This document shows positions 54,503-64,000 of a stretch of 64,000 bases of DNA, in pieces. Each line of letters starts with the position of its first letter. The stretch's first letter is position 1. The stretch comes from Eledone cirrhosa (Eukaryota), in NCBI GenBank assembly GCA_964016885.1, contig CAXHJY010001565.1, forward strand, positions 19,101-83,100, in the 5' to 3' direction. The translations under genes were made by a program, and so were the position numbers. Under the pieces are notes generated by a model. The model was not told the origin of the DNA. It worked only from the letters and a program-made list of their open reading frames with translations, and did no database searches.

Positions 54503-55669
54503 ATCATCATCAACGTTTAACGTCCGTGTTCCACGCTTGCATGGGTTTGGACGGGGGGTATTCCCACTTGAGGCAAGAGTGATTGTCTTGCTCGCATAGG
54601 ACTGTCTGGCAGGTTTTCTACAGCTGGATGCCCTTCCTAACACCAACCACATTTACAGTGTGAGACTGGGAGGTTTTTACCGTGTTGCCTACACGGCCAC
54701 ATTACAGCGTGGACTGTGTGTTTTTTTTGTCGTGACACCTACACGATCTCATTTGTTTCGGCCTGGATGGTGTGGCACCAACATAACTTTACATAGGAGG
54801 GGGTGGTGTGGATGGGGTGGGGGTGGTGGGACCGGGGTGTATTTTGTTAGAGATGCCTACTGGCTGTAGTAGGTTTTACTATGTATTTAGGTAAGGCGGG
54901 TCTTCTCTATTACTGAGTACCGCCAAAGGTCTCGGTCCAGTGACATTGTCTTGGAGAGGTGTAAGTGTGTGAGGTCGGAGTTTATCAGCTCGTCCCAGGA
55001 TTTTCTAGGTCTGCCTATTCCGTGGCTACCATCTATCTTTATTGCCCTGCACTTTGTTATACAGCTATCGACTTTCATGCGCATCACGTGTCCGTACCAA
55101 CGTAGCCTTCTCTCGAGTAAACAACATCTGATTCCTCTTATTCCTAATTTCTCCCTTAGTTCGTTTATGCTTTGCCGTTCACGTATATTACTATTACACA
55201 TCCAGCAGAGCATGCAAGCTTCGTTCCTCTCTAGTCTGCGTATATCCTCTGCGCACAATGCCCAGGTCTCACTGCTATGCAACATTGCTGTTCGTATGCA
55301 GGCATCATACAACCTGCCTTTCATTTTTAGGGAGAACCCTTTAGCAGCTAATAGTGGTATAAGCTCTCTGAACTTTTTCCATCCCGTTCTGACTCTAGCT
55401 ACTGTACTTTCGGAGCACCCGCCCCCACTGCTGATTTCGTCACCCAGGTAACGGAAGCTGTCCACTATTTCTATAGAGCCCTCTGTGCAATTGAAAGAGT
55501 TAGTATTCTGTGGGCACTTGCTGCTACTTATTGCACCAGAGCACCGCCCACATGTAAAATTTAAGTTCTTAGTTAGCTTACCTGTGATCCCACTACATCT
55601 TTTATGCACCCATACTTTGCATTTGGGACATAAAATGGAGTTTCTACCTACGCCTTTCCTACACACTGA
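54503..55669 (-). mobile_element. 5'-truncated RTE LINE (C-terminal ~259 aa + ~380-bp 3' UTR + (GAT)n)
   Basis: ORF 54887-55666 nearly identical to the C-terminus of 56543-59290. Confidence 0.9.
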
Positions 55670-55723
55670 TATTTATATATATATATATATACACATGTAA
55701 CATCAGACAACCACCATCAGCCA

Positions 55724-55762
<39 letters not shown>

Positions 55763-55833
55763 ACATCAGACAACCACCATCAGCCAGTCTATATATATAT
55801 ATATATACACATGTAACATCAGACATCCACCAG

Positions 55834-55869
<36 letters not shown>

Positions 55870-56018
55870 CACATGTAACATCAGACAACCACCATCAGCC
55901 AGTCTCTATATATATATATATATATATATTGTTATACTTTGGGAGGGTCATGTTGCCAATAAATTCAGAAACGAAATATATATATATATATACACATGTA
56001 ACATCAGACATCCACCAG

Positions 56019-56052
<34 letters not shown>

Positions 56053-56160
56053 CACATGTAACATCAGACAACCACTATCAGCCAGTCTATATATATATAT
56101 TATATATATATATATATACACACATGTAACATCAGACAACCACCATCAGCCAGTCTATAT

Positions 56161-59100
56161 ATCATCATCAACGTTTAACGTCCATGTTCCACGCTTGCAT
56201 GGGTTTGGACGGGGGTATTCCCACTTGAGGCAAGAGTGATTGTCTTGCTCGCATAGGACTGTCTGGCAGGTTTTCTACAGCTGGATGCCCTTCCTAACAC
56301 CAACCACATTTACAGTGTGGGTCTGGGAGGTTTTTACCGTGTTGCCTACACGGCCACATTACAGCGTGGACTGTGTGTTTTTTTGTCGTGACACCTACAC
56401 GATCTTATTTGTTTCGGCCTGGATGGTGTGGCACCAACATAACTTTACATAGAAGGGGGTGGTGTGGATGGGGTGGGGGTGGTGGGACGGGGGTGTATTT
56501 TGTTAGAGATGCCTACTGGCTGTAGTAGGTTTTACTATGTATTTAGGTAAGGCGAGTCTTCTTTATTACTGAGTACCGCCAAAGGTCTCGGTCCAGTGAC
56601 ATTGTCTTGGAGAGGTGTAAGTGTGTGAGGTCGGAGTTTATCAGCTCGTCCCAGGTTTTTCTAGGTCTGCCTATTCCGTGGCTACCGTCTATCTTTATTG
56701 CCCTGCACTTTGTTATACAGCTATCGACTTTCATGCGCATCACGTGTCCATACCAACGTAGCCTTCTCTCGAGTAAACAACATCTGATCCCTCTTATTTC
56801 TAATTTTTTCCTTAGTTCGTTTATGCTTTGCCATTCACGTATATTACTATTACACATCCAGCGGAGCATGCAAGCTTCGTTCCTCTCTAGTCTGCATATA
56901 TCCTCTGCACACAATGCCCAGGTCTCACTGCCATGCAACATTGCTGTTCGTATGCAGGCATCATACAACCTGCCTTTCATTTTTAGGGAGAACCCTTTAG
57001 CGGCTAATAGTGGTATAAGCTCTCTGAACTTTTTCCATCCAGTTCTGACTCTAGCTACTGTACTTTCAGAGCACCCTCCCCCACTGCTGATTTTGTCACC
57101 CAGGTAACGGAAGCTGTCCACTATTTCTATAGAGCCCTCTGCGCAGTTGTAAGAGCTAGTATTTTGTGGGCACTTGCTGCTACTTATTGCACCAGACCAC
57201 CGGCCACATGTAAAATCTATGTTCTTAGTTAGCTTACCTGTGATCCCACTATATCTTTTATGCACCCATACTTTGCATTTGGGACATAAAATAGAGTTTC
57301 TACCTATGCCTTTCCTACACACTGAGCATGGCCATTTCCTGGAAGGGACCGCCGCCTTATTTTCTTTCCTACAAACTAGAACTTTAGTCTTAGCCAGGTT
57401 AATTTTAAGGCCTTTTGATTCTAGGCCGTGCTTCCATGTTTGGAATTTCTTCTCTAGCTCGGCCATTGATTCAGCTATGAGTGTCAGGTCGTCTGCGTAT
57501 AGGAGTTCCCATGGGCAGCCGGTCTTGAACTCCTCTGTTATAGCCTGAAGGGCAATAATAAATAGTAGGGGGCTGAGAACAGAGCCCTGATGGACGCCAA
57601 CTTTTATGCTAAACTCTTCACTATATTTGTTGTTAATTCTAACCTTGCTGACTGTTTCTTTATACATGGCTTGTATAGCTCTCACAAGCCATTCGTCGAC
57701 ACCTAGTTTTCTAAGGGCCCACCAGATAATGGAACGGGGGACTCTGTCGAAGGCTTTCTCCAAGTCGACAAAAGCTAAGTAGAGGGGTTTACCTTTAGCT
57801 AGGTACTTCTCCTGTAGTTGTCGTACAATGAAAAGAGCGTCTGTGGTACTTTTGCCTGACACAAACCCGAATTGCATTTCATCTAGGTCAATTCTCTCTC
57901 TGATTAGTTGCGCTATTACTTTTTCCGTGACCTTCATGACCTGGTCGATTAATTTAATGCCTCTATAGTTACTCCTATCTAAGGCATCTCCTTTACCCTT
58001 ATAACAGTTAACGATGATGCTGCTATGCCAGTCCTTCGGAACAACCCCATTCTGTACGACTTGGTTAACTATCCGGGTGACCATGGTGAGTCCCACCGTG
58101 CCAGATGCCTTCAGCATCTCAGCAACTATTTCCGAAGGCCCAGCCGCCTTACTCGTCTTCATATCCTTGATTGCCTTACTTATTATACTACCCTCGACTA
58201 ACACTGCTGGTCCCTCTATTGGGTCGATGTGGGGGAGACTGTCTTTCTCCCATTTATTCTCCTCATTTAGTAGCCTTTCATAGTGACACTTCCAAGCTAC
58301 CTTCTTATCAGCGTCGGTGATGGCAAGTACGCCGTCATCATTAAGTACACACTTCTCCCCGATAATATCACGGTTTTCCTTGACACATTGCCTAGCAATC
58401 CTGAACACCTCACGTTTTTGCTCCTCGCGTTGTAGAACATGCTTGAACTTTCTTTCCTCTGCTTCCCATCTTGCGAAGTACACTTGTCTCCTAGCTTCCC
58501 TCCTGGCCACTTGATAGTCTTCTCTACTTCCCCCATCCCGCCATACTTTCCAAGCCTGCTTTTTGGCCTTAATTGACCCCTCCACCTTACTGTTCCACCA
58601 CCATGTTACTCTCCTCCTGCCTACAGGCCTGCTCCAGCCACAGACTTCGTCTGTCGCCATCAGCAGGTTTGCTTTCAGAAATTCCCACTGTCCCTCTATA
58701 TTGTCCGACTCTAAATGCTCTTCCTTACTGTCGAAAGCATCAAGTAATATGCTTTGAAATTTATTTCTGGCTGTGGGGTCCTTTAGCTTCCATATTTTTC
58801 TCCTGAGGATAGTCCTCTTCTGCTGTCGAGTACGTCTCGTCCTGACTATGAGGTCGCTAATTATCAGTCTATGTTGAGAGGTGCATTCTTCATGGGGGAG
58901 GGATTTAGTGTTTACAACAGACACTCTGTCACGTCTTCTGGTAAGGATATAATCTACCTGGCTTGTGTGTTCTCCGGATCTATAGGTGATCAGGTGATTG
59001 TCACGTTTTTTGAAGTTAGTGTTACAGATAGTTAGGTTATTTGCCTCACAGAATTCCAGGATTCTGGAGCCTTCCTCATTTCTAGTACCAAACCCATAGC

Positions 59101-59288
59101 CTCCATGGATTTCGTCGTAGCCGTCACAATGTTGTCCAACGTGACCATTTAGGTCGCCTGCAATAATTATATAGTCACTGTCGGTTATTTGTGAGGTAGT
59201 GAGCATCAGTGTCTCATAGAATCTGTCTTTTATAGCGCCGGGCAGTCCGGATTGGGGTGCGTACGCAGATATTACTGTCACCGTAGTT

Positions 59289-59292
<4 letters not shown>
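56161..59292 (-). mobile_element. RTE-clade LINE, 5'-truncated within the endonuclease
   Basis: (GAT)n tail at 56161, 3' UTR, uninterrupted ORF, 5' end abuts (TA)n. Confidence 0.95.
56543..59290 (-). CDS. RTE ORF: partial APE endonuclease + reverse transcriptase + Cys-rich PHD-like finger (~915 aa)
   Basis: ISAYAPQ, GDLNGHVG, QVDYIL, SQHRL (APE); NYRGIKL, QFGF, AFVDLEKAFDRV, GVHQGSVLSPLLF, LLYADD (RT). The first ~44 aa of the listed ORF are microsatellite. Confidence 0.92.
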
Positions 59293-59360
<68 letters not shown>

Positions 59361-59391
59361 TGTAACATCAGACAACCACTATCAGCCAGTC

Positions 59392-59422
<31 letters not shown>

Positions 59423-59933
59423 GTAACATCAGACACCACCATCAACCAGTCTACCAAGTTGGACCAGCACTTCTTTCATTGATCCCTGAAAGAAAGATAA
59501 ACAAAGATGACCTTGGCAAGATTTGAACTCAGACTGTAGGGACTTGGAACAAATACCACAAGGCATCTAAACTGACGTTTTAACAGTGATTCTCAAATGG
59601 GGGACACATGGTTGTCAGAGAAAGGGCTTTACCGGAAGGAGGAATGAAAACTGGGAAATAATAGAATATCTATTGTATATATATCAAATGAAAAACCAGT
59701 ACACCCAACTAGTGTGTGTGTGTGTGCGTGTGTGTACGAGCGAGACACGGTCACCCGACCAATCTTGCCTCAAGCGGGACAAACCTGTCCAACCCAAGCT
59801 ATGTGGTAGAAAAATATAAAGGGCAAATCATAACAAATAAAACAAAACAAAGTAATGTCTCTACCCAGTATATTTCAGGGCTAATACCCTCTTTTCAAAA
59901 ACCGATGGGCTAAAATTGCTCAGAGGACAGAGA

Positions 59934-60076
59934 CCAGTGGTCAACAGAGAGACAATCCATGAGGTGGGTGACAGGCAGACGAAATATATACACCTTGTCC
60001 TCCTCCTCCTTCAAACTTTTCTATATTTCGTCTGCCTGTTACCCACCTTATGGATCATCTCTCTGTGGACCATTGG
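59934..60076. repeat. ~55-bp imperfect fold-back, probably of an RTE-type LINE end
   Basis: 59934-59988 vs 60022-60076; preceded by WAKIAQ/DRDQW-like codons. Confidence 0.65.
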
Positions 60077-60244
60077 CATCTGCGTGGAAATAATCTAACA
60101 CAGCAGGAGTTAATATACATATATTTTTTTAAATATTATATGTAGCTGTGTGTAAAGTTTTTTTGTAATAAATTATCGTATTTTGAGCTGATATAACTTT
60201 TTCCCCTACACCTTTCCAGTTTCTATGTTTGAAAACATAGGATA

Positions 60245-61072
60245 AATTTGGGTTTAAAATCTTATAATAACCCTCCGAGTAACCCAGCTTTGCTACCCTT
60301 CGAAAACGATGTCTTGGCACTCATACGGAGTATCACATTTCAGAACAGGAGCAATTCCTTCCAGCAGGACCTGAAGAATAGAATTCGTTCTATTAAGGAT
60401 TCTAATGCCGTGCATGTCCACTCCGACAAAACTGGCAATCTATATCAAGTGGAGCGCAGTACTTACCATCAACTGCTACATAATGCTGTAACTAAGGTTT
60501 ACCGGAAAACTAATTGGCGTGTCATTAATGACATCAACGATGCTGGGTTTAAAATCACTTCTGAACTCAACATCCAGAACCGGACTGAACCTCTGGACCT
60601 ATTTCTCCCCACTTTACCCTGAAGGATCACAAACCCAATTTCACTAACAACTCTTCTATTTGGCTAATTAACCCTACAAGGTCTGATTTAGGTAGACTTA
60701 GTAAAAGGATTTTAGATATAATTATACCTGAAATTAGAAGCTTGGCCCCTCTTGCACTGTGGAACAATTCTTTCGCGGTGATTGATTGGTTCAATGGCAT
60801 ATGCAACAAAGAACATTGCTGTTTTATCCAATTCGATATCAATGACTACTACTCCTCCATCACTTTACCACTTCTTAGAGCTATCAATTTCGCTAAAATG
60901 CCCACGGTGGTTAACGATTTCGAAGTTGATGTCATCCTCAATGCCCGTAAGTCGGTGATTAATTTTGATGACTCTATTTCGATAACAAAATCTAATAGTA
61001 CCCCATTTGACGTGAGTATGGGCGCCAACGATTTGGCGGAGGTTACTGATCTTATTGGCCTTTTTCTTCTTT
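60245..61072 (+). pseudogene. Penelope-like element reverse transcriptase remnant (frameshifted, 3'-truncated)
   Basis: FGFKS...FENDV...SDKTGNLY...TLKDHKPNF...LINPTRSDLGRLSK.ILD...W.N...VIDWF...FIQFDINDYYSSI...FDVSMGANDLAEVTDLIGLFLL. Confidence 0.8.
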
Positions 61073-61079
61073 TATATAT

Positions 61080-61343
61080 ATCATCATCATCATTTTACGT
61101 CGGCTTTTCCCTGCTTGCAAGGGTGGGGCGGGTCCTCTTCAGCACAGCATCTCTCCATTCTTCACGATCCTTTGTCATCGCCTCGGTGAGTTTCAGCGAT
61201 CTGAGGTCTGCTCTCACCACCTCCGCCCATGTTTTACGGGGTCTAGCTCTACTGTGTCTTCCTTCTACTGGGATTTCTTGGCACTTCTTTACCCAGCGGC
61301 CATCCTCCATGCGCATCACATGCCCATACCATCTCTCCTGCAC
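61080..61343 (-). mobile_element. RTE LINE 3' end with (GAT)n tail
   Basis: RWYGHVMRM...VEG...RPRKTW.EVV..DL......DREEWR; tail matches the SINE tails. Confidence 0.85.
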
Positions 61344-61371
61344 CTATATACATATGTATGTGTGTGTATGC

Positions 61372-61408
<37 letters not shown>

Positions 61409-61491
61409 GGAAGTGAGTTTTATTGTAGTACAATAAAGCAATGCAGATATCGGATAAGAAGCACTCTACAGTTTGTAGGACTGGAGTATAC

Positions 61492-61540
61492 ATAATATAT
61501 AAGATCAAAAGATGGAACTCTTTTAACCATCTTTTGATCT

Positions 61541-61550
<10 letters not shown>
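61492..61550. repeat. Perfect 24-bp fold-back next to (TA)n
   Basis: ataatatataagatcaaaagatgg / ccatcttttgatcttatatattat. Confidence 0.8.
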
Positions 61551-61599
<49 letters not shown>

Positions 61600-61949
61600 T
61601 TGAGAAAACCTGGGACTTCAATGGGAGAAATATGACAGGGGTTTGGGAGAAATATGACAGGGGTCTCTCAGATCACTGTTAAAAACATTGCCAATATAAA
61701 CAAAATAAAATAAACAAACACTCAATAAACATTTGTGTTGCATCAATTTAAAGAATGGAATGTGTCTTTTTTTCTTCTTTCTTTCTTTCTCTTTCTTTCT
61801 TCTCTTGGTTATGTTTTATTATCAATATAATCAGCATTATTCAACATAATCAGCATTATTAATATATATATATAATCAGTATTATTATAATAATTAGTAT
61901 TATCAACATCACGGTCAGTACATTGTTAGTATGGAGTGGGAGGGGATCA

Positions 61950-61989
61950 TGAATATATATATGTATATATCTTTATATATGCATGTGTG

Positions 61990-62034
<45 letters not shown>

Positions 62035-62119
62035 ATGAATATATATGTGTATATATATATATATATATATGTATATATTATTGTATGAATATATATGTGT
62101 ATATATATATATATATATG

Positions 62120-62202
<83 letters not shown>

Positions 62203-62496
62203 GTTATGTATACATATATATATATATATGTTATGTATACATATATATATATATGTTATGTATACATATGTGTGTAAACATATATATACAAACATATATA
62301 TATATATGTATATACATACATATATGTATATATATATATATATGTGTATATACATATATATATATGCATATGTCTTCATTATAGTTTACAGTGTTCATCG
62401 GTTTCTTAAAATATTATTATTATTATTATTATTATTATTAGTCATTAACATTTGTATCAGATATAATCTTTTAATAAAAATAACAACAATATTAAC

Positions 62497-62540
<44 letters not shown>

Positions 62541-62580
62541 TAATAATATCGATAATAATAGTGATAATGATGATTATAAT
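61950..62580. repeat. (TA)n, (TAT)n and (AAT)n microsatellites
   Basis: Direct reading. Confidence 0.9.
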
Positions 62581-62742
62581 GGTTATTTCTAAGACGGGGA
62601 GGTAGGGTGTGGAGATGGGGGCCGGGCTGAGGTGTAATTAAACAGTAATATTACTGCATTGATTGATGCTGAGCTAGATTAAAGGACTTGATTTTAGTAG
62701 GGCATCATTTGAAGTGTAAAGAGCTGGAACTCAGGAATAATA

Positions 62743-63363
62743 TGGCACAAGGCCAGCAATTAATGGGGGTGCGGGTGGGGCGTTGTTTAAATTGACCCCG
62801 GTGCATTACTGGTACTTTATTTTATCGATCTCCGTAAGGATGAAAGGCAAAGTTAACCTCGGCAGGATTTGAAGTCAGAACGTAAAGGGCAATAACTCCA
62901 TGCTGCAAAGCAAGGTGTCTGATGCTTTACCGATTCTACCAATCCAACGCCCTCTTAATAATGGTTTCTTATACAGGGACAGGGCCAACAATTCTGGGTC
63001 AGAGGAAATTCGATTAAATCAACCCCAGTGCATTACTGGTACTTTATTTATCGACCCTGTAAGGATGAAAGGCAAAGTTAACCTCGATGGGATTTGAACT
63101 CAGATCATAAAGGGACGTAACTCTATGCTGCAAAGTATGTAGTCTGATGCTCTACCAATTCTACCAATCCACTACCGTAATAATAATAATTATAATAATA
63201 ATTGTTTCTACTTTTGGCACAAGGCCAGCAATTACCCCAGTGCATTACTGGTACTTTATTTTATCGACCCCGTAAGGATGAAAGGCTAAGTTAACCTCGG
63301 CGGGATTTGAACTCAGAATGGCAAGGGCCGTAACTCTATGCATTAAAGCATGGCGTCCGACCC
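62743..63363 (-). mobile_element. Three tandem SINE copies (Meta-domain-like)
   Basis: gtgcattactggtactttattttatcga...gtaaggatgaaaggc.aagttaacctcg..ggatttgaa.tcaga occurs three times. Confidence 0.8.
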
Positions 63364-63594
63364 TAATAAATTCTTCATTTCTTTCACCTAATTAGTATTA
63401 GCACTATTACAATTATCATGATCAAACCTTATAATTATCATTATCAAATATCATGATTAGGAAAAAATATATTTTGCCTTTATCAACTTTTCAAATAGAG
63501 TGAAAAAAGTTTCAAATAATTTTAAGTGACTTTAAAACAACAACAACAAAAAGAAAATGAAAATTTCTTATTTGTTTTTTGTATTTTTTTGCAT

Positions 63595-63695
63595 GTATAT
63601 ATGTATGTAAATATGTATGTATGTAAATATGTATGTATATATATATATATATATATACATATATATGTCAATATATATATATATATATATATGTC

Positions 63696-63748
<53 letters not shown>

Positions 63749-64000
63749 GTGTATATATATGTATACGTATATATATATATATATATATATATATACGTAT
63801 ATATATAATATATATATACGTATATATAATATATATATATACATATATATAGATACATATATGTATATATATACATATATAGATATATATATATACGTAT
63901 ATACGTATATATATCTATATATATATACATATATCTATATATATATACATATATCTATATATATATATATATATCTATATATATATATATATATATATAT
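63595..64000. repeat. (TA)n compound microsatellite
   Basis: Direct reading. Confidence 0.95.

Larger units (their letters stand above)
54290..59452. repeat. Minisatellite (TA)n-CACATGTAACATCAGACAACCACTATCAGCCAGTC interrupted by two RTE copies
   Basis: Units at 54290-54502, 55670-56160 and 59293-59452. Confidence 0.85.

Noticed and set aside
54951-58806. Plus-strand ORFs overlapping the RTE copies
   Set aside because: Antisense shadows of the RTE reading frame.

Overview
Eukaryotic, very repeat-rich animal DNA; the SINE/LINE repertoire and long (TA)n, (CATA)n and (GTGGT)n tracts point to an octopus-type cephalopod (inference). The only host gene seen is the last two coding exons (1658-1912, 3148-3345, + strand) of a probable C13/caspase-fold protein; the last exon is absent from the ORF track. 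Most long ORFs in the track are microsatellite artefacts. The most notable structure starts about 1 kb after that gene: a 5.7-kb array (4381-10123) of about 12 near-identical 466-bp non-coding units, each carrying a minimal type I hammerhead ribozyme (HHR) motif. The units form two head-to-head arms (7 HHRs on -, 5 on +) inside a TA-rich microsatellite. This looks like a retrozyme-like or non-autonomous Penelope-dependent element. Several unrelated HHR-bearing Penelope-like termini also occur, some as head-to-head fold-backs in (TA)n, plus Penelope GIY-YIG and RT remnants. The rest is RTE, CR1, R4/Dong-like and CRE-like LINE pieces, tRNA-derived SINEs, piggyBac/pogo/mariner-type DNA elements and several minisatellites that arose inside transposons. 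All calls were made by eye, without database searches or folding software.
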